DNA of 64,000 nucleotides from Phyllosticta citribraziliensis (Eukaryota): NCBI RefSeq assembly GCF_038025025.1, contig NW_027117342.1, positions 930,001 to 994,000 of the forward strand, read 5' to 3'. Shown piece by piece: positions 50,971 to 64,000 of this stretch (position 1 is its first letter; each line of letters starts with the position of its first letter). The notes under the pieces were generated by a model. It saw only the letters and a program-made list of their open reading frames with translations, ran no database searches and was not told where the DNA came from. The position numbers and the translations under genes were made by a program.

Positions 50971-53900
50971 TAGGGTTTAGAGGAACTCTCTAGCTATACT
51001 AGCTTATCTAGGGCTTTACTTTTTTTCTTTCCTTCTTTCTATCTTCCTTTTAATCTAGGTACCTACTTTTTTCTTCTCCTCTTTCTTTCCTTTACTTTTA
51101 GATTCCTACCTAGATATTATTAGTTAGGTAGAGTATTAACTTAGTAACTATTAATAGAAAAGTCTTTTAATATAAGTATATAATTTAGCTTAGCTCTTAG
51201 TAGATTTCCTTTAGATATTTAAGTAGTAGGCCTTTAGGGTAAAAGCCCCTATATTTATATAGTTTCTTAACCTCCTAGCTAGATATATTAAAAGAGTTTA
51301 ATAACTTATAAGGGCATTAGATGCCTATCCTAGTAGTAAGTAAGTAGAATGTAGCTGATCTTTATATAGGACCCTAATCTATTTTTCGCTATACCCTTAA
51401 TATACTAAAAGGGTTGTTCTACTATTTAGCTTTATTTAAAGTTTAAAGCTACTTAGGCCTAAAAGTCTAGCCTCTAGCGTACCTACACGACCCGCCACGG
51501 TCGCAGTAGTAAGAATTTAAAGATTAGATGTGTACTTTAATAGAGAATAATATAGGGTGCTTTATAGAAATATAGGAATTATAGTAAAGATAAAAGTAAG
51601 TAGTAAAGGAAGACTCTAGCTATAGGATGACCCTACTAATAATATAGATACTCTATAAATCCTACACTCTAAATATACTAATAAAGTATAGGCGCAGGAT
51701 AGCAAGTAGTAATATAGATTTTCTATTAGAGGAGTAAGACAAGATAGTAAGCACTTTATACTAGGTATAATAGTTATTAAGGATTAGGAATAAAAAGTAA
51801 TAATATAGTATTAAAACTACTACTATATTTAGCAGCTATAGATAGCACTACTATTATCTCTAAGGGGGCTAAAAGTTAAGTATATTATACTTTAAACTAT
51901 AAGACTTATCTAATAGAAGAAGATATCTTTATAACTATATACTACTCTAGTAGCTAGCTCTTATTCTATAACCTAGCTCTATCTACCTTTCTTATTATTC
52001 TACTTCTAAATCTTATAGAGCTCCCTTTCTTTATATATCTATAACATTTTAGGTTTCCTCTAATAGATCTGCTTTAGCTACTCTAAGCTAAGGTTATACT
52101 AGCTAATAGTTATATATCCTATAATAAAAGAATACCCAGCTTCTTTCTCCTAGTATATAGTATAAGATCTTGTCTTAATTGTAGTATAGAGCTATTATAC
52201 TTTTAAGCTATAGGAAGATACCTATTAGAGAAGTAGAATAGTAGTAGAGGTAGTTTATTATAGAGCTATAAGTAGAATAAGACCTATAGGAGGTGTATAA
52301 GGGGTAGTACTAGAGTAATATAAAAGCTATATATATCTCTAGAAGTACTTAAGTGGCTACTTTACTATATTTACTATAAGCTTGACCTAGGGTTCTATAA
52401 GTAGAGAAAGTATAGCTATAGGCTAAACTCTATACTCTAGAAAGCCTATATCTTTTACTTAGTTACTCACTCTTCTTCTCATCCATTTTAATTACTTAAT
52501 GCCTAGGTATGACCTAGGTTAGTTTACACTTTACATACTAAGTTGCCCGTCTTTATTTTATAATATTTAGTTAAGCGGGCTTGATATGACCTATAAAGCA
52601 TTTATAAGTAATAAGGGTAGTAGTATATAAACGTAGGTACTAGGGCTACTATAAAGGTTAAAGAGATAATATTTTAAGTACTTACTATAGACTATAGTAC
52701 TAATAGGTAGTAGTTATCTCTAGTAGTAAGCCCTCCTAAGGCCTTATAGCTAACAAGCTTACCTACTTAGCGCCACGCTTTAGAACGCCTACCTTATATA
52801 TTTTTCTAGCTATACAATTCTTCTACTCCTTAACTCTATAACTCTATAACCCTAGTAGGTCTACGCTCTAACTCTACCTCTACCTCTAGACTCTAGACTT
52901 AACCTTACTACTATATTAAGCCCTTATAACTCTAGTCCTTACTAGCTAAAATCTTACTACCTATACCATTAATCCTGCTTTAGTTATATATATACACCCT
53001 ACACGCTTAAAAGTTTACTATATCTTAATAGACTATAGCTCTTATCTTAACCCTAAGCCCTAATTAGATTAGATTAGATTAGGTATATCTATCTCTACTT
53101 ATTCTTCTTATCTATCTTAATTCCTAATACTATATTTATACAGCAGCATACTAGCTAAAGTAAAAGGTAAGATAAGGATAGATATCTCTAGTAACTTTCT
53201 TAAGGTGGTCTACTATAGGCAGTATTAGGGTCTTACGCTTTTTAGCTATTAGGGTAGATAGTAGATAAGAGTTTAGAAAGAGAGGATAAGATAGTAGTTA
53301 GTTATTAAGGTTTATAGGGAGAAGAAGTAGATAAGATTAAGAAATAGATATAAAGTATAATACCTATAATTATATAAATAGCGGCACCTTAAATAAGAGA
53401 AATAAACTATATTACCCTATAGTATAAGCCCGCCCATTAAAGCTGTTTAACCTACTAATACTAGAGTCTATTAATCTACTAAGTACAGCAGCCTAATTAA
53501 AATGTCTCTATATAACTAGTATAAATATAAGCCTAGCTGACTAGATTAAAGCGCATCTCTTTAGGCTAAAGCGCATAAACACTACTAGAAGCAGGCCTAC
53601 TAATACACTTCTACTATACCCTACTTTATAAGCACTAGGAGTGCGTCCATTAAAAACGTTCTAGCTAGATTAGAGCCTATCTACTAGGATTAGAACGTAG
53701 CTACTAGTAGCTCTAGGAGCGGACCTATTATTAAGATCTATATAGTAGAATAGGACTTTATCTACCTTAGGGGTCTAGAAACAGTTTTAATTATATATTA
53801 AAAAGAGATAAGGAGGTAAGTAGCAACTTAAATCCTCTTCTATTAGTAATAAAGTAAAGCTAATATTACTAGAAATTAATCCTGCCTATTCCCCTTACCT

Positions 53901-54199
53901 TTAAGTAGTAATGCTATACTACTAGAGCAGCTACCTAGATCTAAAATATCTATTAATACTAATATAATATTTAATTTAACTAGGAGTAGCCTTATAGATT
54001 ATAAAGACTATATAGTAAAATAAGAGTATATCTATAAGACTTATATAGACGGTACTAATATACTTATATATATAAAGAGCTTAATATATATTTAACTATA
54101 TAAAAGAGAATCTATAACCTAACTTCCTACTTATTTACTTAATAAGGAATCTGATGTTAAAGGGTTAAATTAAAGGGAAGTTATAGGCTAGGATGTAAT

Positions 54200-56412
54200 A
54201 GTAAAATAACTAATTAATACTAGAGAGAATCCTTAGGAAGATACTTCTATCTATAGATAATCTATAGCTAAATACTTATATTAACCTATAGTTAAAGCCA
54301 GCTTCTAGGATCTATTAATAGAGTACTATAATAGTAACGCCCTTATTAGCTTAGTAGTGCCTATTAGTAATAGCTTAGAGATAGGACATCATTTTTAACC
54401 CTTTTTTAAACTTAGTAGTAACTAGTTTAACTAGCTTGTCTTTATTAACTCTATAGTTAATCTAATTGGCGTCTATAATAATTAAACCGTCCTTTATATC
54501 TCTTATAGTAAGTTATATAGGTATCAGCGCGTAAGGTAATAGAGTAATAAGAAACTCTAAATTAATTAACTAACCCTTATTACTTCTACTCTAGTATAGT
54601 TCTTTTACCACCTTTAATTAAGCGGCGTACGTCTTATTAAGATGCTTTAGGTTAAGGTCGAGTATTTAAATAGGCTAGGATTAGCGTGACTTTTATAACT
54701 TAACTATATATAGAGCATGCCCTTTATAAAAGAAAGTATACTTAACTAGTAGATAAGGATACTAAGTTATAAAGTAATAAGTAGGCCGACTATTAATAAA
54801 CGTGCTAAAGAATGCGGTCTTTCTTACTATCTAGGTATAGTATAGAGACTACTAGGGTTGATATAGTTATAAGTTATAATTTAGCTACTTACTATTATCC
54901 TTACTATTATACTCGTCCTTAGAATCGCTCTCTATATCCTTAGAATCGCTCTTTATATCCTTAGAATTGCTCTCTATATCCTCCTATTTATAGCCTTAGT
55001 CTTTACCTTAATTAACACTATAGTTAAGCGTCTTTCTACTTAAAGTTAAGAGCCTATAAACATCTTTAAGCTAGGTAGTAGTCTCTAAGTCTATAAGATC
55101 CTTTATATTATTAGGGATAGCAGGTGCTATAGTAGTTAGAATTATAATAACCTTAACTTCTAGTCGTATTAAATTAAATAAATCGAGAGCTAAAATATTA
55201 AAAGGATATAGGAAATTCTCTTACTAATATAATTATATATAATAGCCTATATCTAGAAGCTCTATAATAAGGGTATTAAGATAGCTAAAGCGCGGTCCTA
55301 AGAATTTAACCTGTATATTTCTATCCTTAACTAAACCTAAGCAGAATAGGTAGTTAAATACGCGGGGTGTAAATTCTAGTTATATATTAGGTAGTAACCA
55401 TATTAAAGGGATAACATTATAGATAATAAGTACTAGGGTGCCTTTAAATTTATAGAGATAGGGCTTCTAAAGCTCTTAGTCTACCTATACTATTAATATA
55501 TATAAGAACCTCTAGCCTATAAAGAAGCTAGATTAGTAGTAGGCATCCTTAGAGATAGGCTTTAATCCCTACTATATTAGTTATAGTAGAATAATTACAT
55601 CTTTATTATTAGCTAGGTATATAATAAGAGCATATTAGATAGGTATCTAGTAGTCGCTACCTTTTAATAGTTAAAGATAGTTAAAGTAAATCCTTACTAG
55701 GATTACTAATACTACCTATATATAAGTTAATAAGTCTATCCCTACTATAAAGGATAAATTCTATACCTTTAATAATATACTAATAAGTAATTAATAGATA
55801 AGTAAAATCGTTATCTATATATAGTTATAGTAATAGTCATTACTAATCGCGTCCTATCTAGTTAGTATAAAGGGGTAGATTAATCTTATTAAGTTAAGGG
55901 CTATCTAGTATCGGCGTACTTAGCTCGCAATATAGGTTTAGTTAGAAAATATATAGAGGCACTAATATACGGCCACGTCTATAAGCTTAAAGCCTATAGT
56001 TATAGTAGGATAGTTGATCTTCTAAGCTAAGAGGGGGTGGCTATCTTAGAAAGGGATATCTAGCATGTTATAGATCTCTTTTAATATCTAAGGTAATAGA
56101 TCTAGATTACTAAGAAAACGACCTAGCCTTCTATAGAATCTAAGTAGAGGAATATTAAAGTCCTAGGGAACTATCTATACTCTTTTAGTTATTAAGATCC
56201 TAAGATATCTTAAGATATTAACTAATCCCTATCTAGATCCTAACGTTATACTAAGAACGTATAGTAGGATAGCTTTATTACTTAAGTCTAATAGTCTAGG
56301 TACTCTATAAGTATTATACTTATATAGTATTATAGCGACTTAAGGGCGGTGCCTTTCCTAGCTTAGTATTATAATATTTATATAAGGATATAACTTGTTA
56401 ATAAGGCGGCAT
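54200..56412 (-). pseudogene. RIP-damaged gene relic with acidic 7-aa repeat linker, unknown family
   Basis: ATG CCG CCT at 56412; readable minus frame over ~55600-54250 with TAA/TAG stops; includes the 21-bp repeats. 3' limit approximate. Confidence 0.4.
54916..54978. repeat. 21-bp tandem repeat x3 (DI(E/K)S(D/N)SK on minus strand)
   Basis: TCCTTAGAAT(C/T)GCTCT(C/T)TATA x3; unit length is a multiple of 3. Confidence 0.9.
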
Positions 56413-56770
56413 ATAAACTAGAGATAGGAAGAGTAGGGTAACTAGTTAGTAAGATATAAAGAGAGAGTATAGGGCGTAGAGTTTAAAGGATAGAGGGAGT
56501 ATAAGAGGTAAGGAGGAGAATTAGAGATATAGAGAAAGAAAAGGGCTAAATATAATTAGACCTTCTAAATTTAGGGTACTATAGCTTCTTACCTATAACT
56601 AGCTATAAATCTATAATAAGCCGCCTCCTAGCTATAAAAAGAAGCTCTCTAGGGGTTTAGTATACTACTAGTTATAGTTAGCCCTCTCTCTTCTATCTAA
56701 AAATCTCTAATACTCCTTATTATACTCCTCTTACTCTCTATACTACTCTCTAAACTCCTCTCTATACTCT

Positions 56771-59180
56771 AATAGTAGGATTAAATATATAGTAAGGATA
56801 AAACTTAAGGGCTTAACTACTATCTATAGAGCTACTACCCTTTTAAGATTAGACCTTAAGATTAAGTTGCTATCTACTAAATATTAAGCCGTTGCCTATT
56901 AGAGAGATTAAGCTACTACCTATTAAAAATCAAGCTACTACCTAGAAAAGGACTCCTATCCTAGAGCGCCTTAATAGGATATAAAAGAGAGAAACTAACA
57001 TTTAATAGAAAAATATAGAGGAGTTATACTAAGCATCTAGTACTATTAGAATTGTAGGTCTAGAAGTCGCTATATAAGCACCTGCTACTTTATTAGAGGG
57101 AAGGAAGCTACTAATAGTCTATATTACCTTAATACTTTATCTCTCCTATCCTATACCTATCTAGTCTAAGAGTTAACATCTAGGCATTGCCATCCTATTT
57201 ATATTTATCCCTTATTAATTGCCTAGTATCTATCACTATTACCTTAATAATAGTACTAGACGGCGGCACGCCCCGTTTCTTTATAGGGCCTAAGATTAAT
57301 AGTATATTAATACTATAAGTAGAAGAATCCTAAGACTAATATAAGGGTATAGAAACTATCTAGTATAAAGTTTAGTAGGCTAGGAAGTTAATTTTACTAG
57401 ATATATTATATATAATAAAGAAGGCTGCCTATTAGAATCTATAAGGCCAGCTTACCCTAAAGGGTTTCTAATTTCCTATAATTATAAGAAAGGAACGAGA
57501 CAGGGCTTAGAGTTTTATAGGTAAGCTATTTAATACTCTCCTAGAAGATAGCACTATTACTATTAGTTAGTTTAGCTACATCCTTAATAATACATCTTAC
57601 TAACTTTATAAAGAGCAGCAACCTTAGAAGGGGAATAAATACCTACTATTAAAAGCCCTATAACTATCTAATTAAGAGTCTATAAAATATCCTAGCTATA
57701 TAGCTTAGCCTATTCTAATCGCAATCCGCTTTATTAATTATACAGGTTATAGTATTCCACGCGCGATGTCTTATATAGCTATAGATATAGGTAAGTGCGT
57801 CTACTATAAATTTAGATCTACTAATATTAAAGTAGAATAAAAGTTCTATAGGAAAGGCAGCTATAACGTGTTATATGCTTTATTCTTTAATACTGTAGGT
57901 AAAGAAAGTACTTCTTATATATTATATAACAGTCCTAATAAGCGAATATCTATAGATCCCTTAACTACTAAGCTAGAATTAATTAAGACCTCTTTACCTA
58001 ACCTAATAAATACTTTTTAAACGTCATCTAATCCCTTTACTACTAGACTAGATTTAATAATAACTATATTACCTAATATAGACCTAGATCTAGCCTCTAT
58101 ATTATAGGAACTACTAGTAAAAAGGAGAAAGGTAAATAAACTAAGAAAGGTCACGCGGCTTATTCTTAAGTTTAGAAGTAGAATAAAGCCCCGCGATTGC
58201 CTATTATTAACTACTAGTATAGAAAAGGAAACTTTCTAAGCTACTATATCTCTAGTACTAGTAAAGTAGGGGTCATCTAGGAAGGATTTAGAGAGTATAG
58301 TTTAAGTACTACTTTACTACTCTAAGTAATCTATAACTAAAGAGACTAATAATGCCATTTATAAAGTATATAATAGAAAGAACCTTAATAGAATATATAG
58401 AGGGTCTAATACTAATAGTAATACTAGGTCCTATAAGGACGATATTAATTATTAAGACTCTTAGGATAATAAGAGACCTAATAGTAATAATAATAGTAAA
58501 GGATACTATAGTATATTACTAACTAGCTCTATAAATAGTAATAAGGATCTTATTTAAAGCCTCTTTAAAATACCGCCCTAATAACCTACTATTAGATCTT
58601 AAGACTAAATTATTTATATAATAATAATAAAGATTAATATGCGCTTTAAAGGGGATAAGTTAATATCTTATAGGCTTAAGGCTAACCTTAAAAGCGGCTA
58701 CTACCACGTTATAAACCTATTATAGATTACTAGTTATATAGAAAGAAAAGATTCTTATATACCTTCTTTAAATCCTAAGAAAAAGGAAGCGATTATATAT
58801 TAACTTAAGAAGAGCCTTTACCTAATAGTATATATACCTAGAATAAGGACACAACGCTTATACTTTATATCTATTAATAATGCTAAGAAGCTGGCTAAAG
58901 GACTTAGGATTAAAATTACATACTACTACTTCTTTTATACTATTAGGAACCTCCTAGCTAAGGGCATACCCCTAATCTATAGCAAGTATAAGTTTAAGTA
59001 TAGTACTAATTTAAAGATAGACTAGTTTATACACACTTACTACTACTATAGTCGCTAACTTAATCTTAATAAAACGGCTTATTAAGTTTACTTATACAGC
59101 CTGGCTTTTACTAATATTAAAGGTTTCTACCTTTATCTCTAAGTCTATAGCTATTTCTCCTTTAATCTATAATTTCTAAG
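56771..59180 (+). pseudogene. RIP-damaged gene relic, possible KilA-N/APSES-like domain near C-terminus
   Basis: Readable plus frame; 58639-58915 gives MRFKGDKLISYRLKANLKSGYYHVINLL*IT...RTQRLYFISINNAKKLAKGLRI. Limits approximate. Confidence 0.35.
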
Positions 59181-59819
59181 GTTATCTCTACCTTTAGAAT
59201 AGCTTCCTATTTAAACATTATATAGTCTATAAATACACACTATAAGTTAACTATAGTTGCTATAAGGAATAATATAGGATGTAGTTTTATATTATCTTAC
59301 TCTATACTTTTAACTCTCTCGTTTCTTAATAGCTTTTAATACACTTCTAATGCTTATAGTTCTAAATCGCTTAATTTGCTGTAATATCTATATTAGAGAG
59401 GATGGATAATAGGTAGTAATAGGGATAATTAGGAGTAGAATAGGAATATAAATAGTTATTATAGCTTGCTTAATATAGCTTGTTTAATATAGCTCTTTAG
59501 TTAATATATTTAGAATTTTCTAGTCCTATTATAATCTACTAGGCTTAATTCCTCTTATTTAAGGGGTTAGTCTAAAGTTTAATACTAAATGCTCTAATCT
59601 AAATACTCTTCTTTTTAGCACGTTTACCCCTAGTCTCCTATCTAAATGGTTTACCTCCTCATCTTATAGGTGTGATGTATTAAGTCAAGCCTAGCTACTA
59701 GTTTAAGGTACTCTTAGAAGCGTTTTAATAAGGGGATAGATAGGAATAAGAAAAAAAAAAGGTAGTTTAATATAACTAGCTATAGAGAAATCTAACTTCT
59801 AGCCATCTAATAGTAGACC

Positions 59820-62400
59820 TTTAGCCTATAAAATAGCAAGCTAGAAATTCCTTTATACCCTTATAAAAAGGAGAGTCGCTATTTAAGTTACTACCTTTAC
59901 TAGATAAGTCTTTCTTAACTATCGCCTGCTCTTTAAGAGCGATGCAAAGCACCTACTAAAGATAGCTAGTCTAGTACTTATAATACTTATTCTATTTACT
60001 CTAGTCTTTAGTAAAAGCTACCCTTATAACTTGCTACACTTTAGTATTATCCTAGCTATAGCAAGAAATAACAGCTTCAGCTAAAGGACTAGCTGCTAAA
60101 AGTTACTAAGTAAAAGAATAGCACACTTAGATAGCGCCCTAAGGCTTATTATTAAAACCCTTTTTATATATATATTCCTTAGTAATAGTACTAGTATAAT
60201 CCTTAGCTAGCTCCTTATTATTTTTAAAGATAATGCGGCCTTACTTATAATCTATTTAGCTAAGTAAGATAATAGGAATAACCTGCCTAACTATATTAGT
60301 ATTATTTTAAAGCCTCTAGCTAGTAAAAGACCTTAGCATGCACATATTACTATTAGAGACAGTAAGGGGTGTGTCACTTCTACTAATTAGTAGTTAAGGC
60401 ATATATTAAAAGTTATAGTTATATACCTTTAGCTTGATTAGTAACTTCTAGGGGTCTAGAAGTAGATCTAGATTACTATTTTCTAGGATGACTAAAGCCT
60501 AAATAACGTTCTTATAATAGAGGTGCTAATTACTAGCCGCATCCTTCTTTAGAGTATTATTAGGGTAAGAGAAGAGCTAGTAATTATAGGTTAGCTTAAT
60601 ATAAATAGGGGTAGGAATCTACTAGAGCTTATAATTACTATTACCTTACTAGATATAGATGTATTTCTAAAGCCTTAGGTGCATTACTAGGGTCTACTAT
60701 AAAAGTAAGAAGACTATACTATAAACCTTACCTTTAGATACTATAGTATAACGCGTAAAACGCCTTACCTCTTTATAAAACTGCTTTAATATTTTCTTAA
60801 AGCGTTCTATATACTTAGTATAGATAAAGTAACCCTCCTCTTTATAGGTTTTATCTCTATAACCTTTACTAAGATTTTAGTACTTAGCTAAATTCTTAAC
60901 TTCCTTAAAGGTAATTTCAGCTACAGGGAGACGTACATACTTAAGAGGCTAGTAGTAAGGTAAGAAAGCTAAGGAGCTCTTATATTAAGAAGCTAATTTA
61001 AGAAGTTTAGCCTTACTACTACTAATCTCTTTAATAAAAGCCTATAGCTAGGATATAAGAGTATTAGGAAGCTGGCAATCTTAGATAACTAGTTTATATT
61101 TAATAGCTAGGAGGCCTAGATAGTAGTAATACTAGGTTATATTAGTCTTCCTATATAATAATTCTTTTATAATCTTAAGGCTCTCCTTAAGGTAAAAACT
61201 AACTTTAGAATAGGTAATAGGCTTAAAAAGTTTAATATTATCTATAGTATATTAGTAATCCTATAGTAAAGTATAGGCTAAGTAGAGCTAGATTTGCGCC
61301 TTCTCTTTACCTAACTACTTAAGGTCTAATAAGGACGCGTACTCTTTATATTCTATAGAGAAGTTAGAGTCCTTAGACCTTACTTTCTTATTAATAGAGG
61401 TAGTAATCTAGGAGGACGCACTATAACTATATTTCTTAGTAGTAGAACTAGAGGAAGAAGTAGTTACTTAGCTATTACTAGTAAGGTGCTTACTATATTA
61501 CTTATCTAATAGAGATCCTAGAGTAGAGGGAGGCTAAGCTATCTAGCTCTACTAGGGGGATGATATTACTTCTTAAATCTAAAGAATCTCTTCTAGATAG
61601 CCTAGCTTAGATACCTAAAGGTTCCTCTAGCTAGCCTCTTTAAGGTTAATATCCTTATCTAGTAGGTTATCTAAGGACGTAATACCCTTAACCTTCTAGT
61701 AGACTTTCTTAGTATTACTATTACTAAGTAGATAGGAACGAGATGCGTTATTACTAGTAGTACCTACCTTAATAGCCTAGAATCTCTATATTAAAGATCT
61801 TAGTAATTTTCTCCTATAGGTATTTAGCCACGCTGGTAACTTACTCTATATATTACTAAGTAAACTTCTTATAACTATCTAGGTCTATAGAGCTAAAGTA
61901 CTATATATAAGCCTTACCCTACTTAGTCCTAAGAGTCTTTAAGCTTGTATTCTTATAGCTAGAGGCGGATTAAAAGGTATAGGAGTAAGCTTTAATACCA
62001 TCCTTTAGTATTTTAAAGCGCTCTAGCTTAGATTCCTTAGCGTCCTTATTATTAGACATTTTAGTAAAGATGGTATTATAGAAAGTAACGGCCTTAAGTA
62101 TAAGTATCTTAGGTTTATTATAAATATAGGAGTAGACTTTAAGGCGCGCTTTAGTAGGCAGGGTGTTAATTAAGTTTATAAGTTGCTTACTAAACTTAGA
62201 AGAGACTAGGATATTAAAGCTAACTATACTAATATAACGTAATAGCTACTGCTACTATTTATAGGTAACCATACTAGGTAGGAGAGTAGGCAAACCTATA
62301 TTACCTAGAGCCACCTTGTTTATTTACTTTAATAACGCCTTACTTATTATAGAGACTGTTTTTATATAGGGTTTTAGTAAAAATAGGTAAGGGCCAACTT
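59820..62400 (-). pseudogene. One or more RIP-damaged gene relics of unknown family
   Basis: Long minus-strand stretches translate with mainly TAA/TAG interruptions (e.g. LINTLPTKARLKVYSYIY, KYVRLPVAEITFKEVKNL, VLCIALKEQAIVKK); no transposase motif recognised. Confidence 0.35.
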
Positions 62401-63279
62401 CTAGTTATATCTAGATATTAAAGTAAGGTTTAAGTTATTACTTTTATAGAGAGGAAGAGATAGAGGATTAGTATAAAAAGGACTCTTTTAGGTAATAATA
62501 TTTTAGTATAAGGGTAAGGTTTAGAAGGACTAGAAGTAAGAGGTTATAGGTATAGAGGGTAAAATAGTCTAATAGATAAGGAGGGTCGTTATCTAAGAGT
62601 AAAGGTAGTAGATAATAATAGGTAAAAGACATAGGAAACTAAAGGTATTATAATCTAGAATAGAGTTAACCTATATACTAAACGCTTAGTTAGAGTCAGC
62701 TTGTAGCTAAGGTTATAACTTATAGTAGTAGGGCGGTTAGTATTAAGTAGAACCTAGCTAAGAGTAAGCCCGATTATTTTAGGCTAGCTAACTATATAAT
62801 CTAGTTCTAGTAAGTATAAAGTACTAAGATAACTAAGGCTAGTAAAGTGTAGTAATAGATTTAAAAGATGATCTAAGTAGACGAGCTAGAATAAGTAGTA
62901 GAGGAGGAGAAGGTAAAGAGAAGTAGTAGTAGTAGGATAGAAGGGTAAGGATTATAGAGTAAGAGATTTAAAGAGAGTAGGCGGTTACTTAGGCGCTTTT
63001 ATCTACTTCTAGGCGTCTAGGAGTTAGGATCCTATAAGAATTACTACTATAGGTAATTAATACCTAGCTAGCTGCCTCTCTTATTCTATAGCCTTAGCTT
63101 TAATACTTACCTAAACCAACTCTACTTCCTTATAATAGGTATCTTATTAGATCATCCTCTTCCTTCTATAAGGTATAGTTATAGGTTTAGTTTATATTTA
63201 TTTTTTAACTATTAAGTCTACGTCTAATTATTTCTATTAGTACCTATATTAGCACACCGCTATCTAAATCCCTATTAAC

Positions 63280-63800
63280 TATACTATTAGGTCGATCCTT
63301 ATTCTAAGTCCTCTAGGCTCTTAAGATTCTGTTTAATATTCTTATAGGTATTAGTAATGCTCTTATAGTAGGTGAAGTCTTAGGCAGCTACTACTTATTT
63401 AGTAAGTATTTTATTCTTACCCTTAGTAAGAGCTTTAATTATTTCATTATAGTACTTCTTTAAAAATTAATATTAGTGCTGAATTAAATATTAAGAAGGT
63501 AGTTAAGGCACATACTAGGGTGGTATTATAGTTTAGAATAAGAGTATAGACTTCTTTAAACGCCTTACTTACTTTAAGGTCACTATTCTTATCCTTAGAG
63601 AGTAGGCTAGCTATATACTTAGCCTTAGTAACCTCTATAGCGCGAACCCTCTTAATACGGGCTAGCTTAGCTTACTTACTTTTAAGCTCTACTTCTATCT
63701 CCTTAAGCTTAGCCTTAAGCTTAGTAAGAAGTTTAATATCTTCCTTACTTACTAGACGTTCTATTAAGATAGAGATCCCTTAGAAAAGTAAGCTTAATAA
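63280..63800 (-). pseudogene. RIP-damaged coiled-coil gene relic with an intron
   Basis: KEDIKLLTKLKAKLKEIEVELK...ARIKRVRAIEV, then GTATGT..CTAAT..AAG intron-like segment (~63515-63458) and a resumed frame. Confidence 0.35.
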
Positions 63801-64000
63801 TAGGGAGGAGATAAGCAAGTTACTAATAGATAAACCTAATTACTAATAGTATATATTAAAGGCAGTAGTTGGTTATAAGCTTAAAGTTAAGTAGTAGTGG
63901 CGGTGGTAGTAGTAGTAGATTAAAGAGGGAAGGTAGAAGCTATAGGTAAAGAGTTATAAAGAAGCCTTTTTCTTCTACTAATAAAACTTAGGTATATACT

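Larger units (their letters stand above)
35400..64000. other. AT-rich RIP-degenerated repeat block (continues beyond window end)
   Basis: Abrupt loss of ORFs, pervasive TpA/TAG/TAA, very rare CpA and TpG; LTR copies inside it differ only by C/T and G/A transitions. Confidence 0.95.

Noticed and set aside
35400..64000. Alternative genetic code, organellar insertion or centromere as the explanation for the stop-rich AT DNA
   Set aside because: Stops are TAA/TAG at expected Gln/Trp/Arg positions in recognisable pol motifs, which RIP explains; centromere status cannot be read from sequence.

Overview
Filamentous ascomycete DNA (Dothideomycete-like by my impression; species not identifiable) in two sharply different halves. 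Bases 1 to ~35,400 are a GC-balanced, intron-containing gene block: chorismate mutase (ARO7), a PMP3/Sna-family protein, a Poa1-like macrodomain, the Rieske Fe-S protein (RIP1), Jlp2/CCDC25, DUF1763- and DUF2293-like genes, a cytochrome P450, two hypothetical proteins, PEX12, an MDR-family oxidoreductase, a secreted GH92 alpha-mannosidase and SHE9/MDM33. From ~35,400 to 64,000 the DNA is very AT-rich, TpA-rich and CpA/TpG-depleted, the signature of repeat-induced point mutation (RIP), with no intact ORFs. It contains a complete 8.2-kb Ty3/gypsy chromovirus (39587-47790; 423-bp LTRs, 5-bp TSD) nested in an older RIP-destroyed multi-gene block whose relics look like spliced host-type genes, not transposases. 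Top observations: (1) JLP2/CCDC25 needs a single-nucleotide exon (G5581) to keep its frame; (2) the chromovirus has an extra antisense ORF with a DUF3716-like Cys motif; (3) the RIP'd block may be a decayed giant mobile element, with an inverted-repeat spacer between divergent gene relics and a possible KilA-N/APSES relic; (4) a polyQ hypothetical protein ends in a domain resembling PemK/MazF or DUF6590. All calls are from manual reading; no searches were run.
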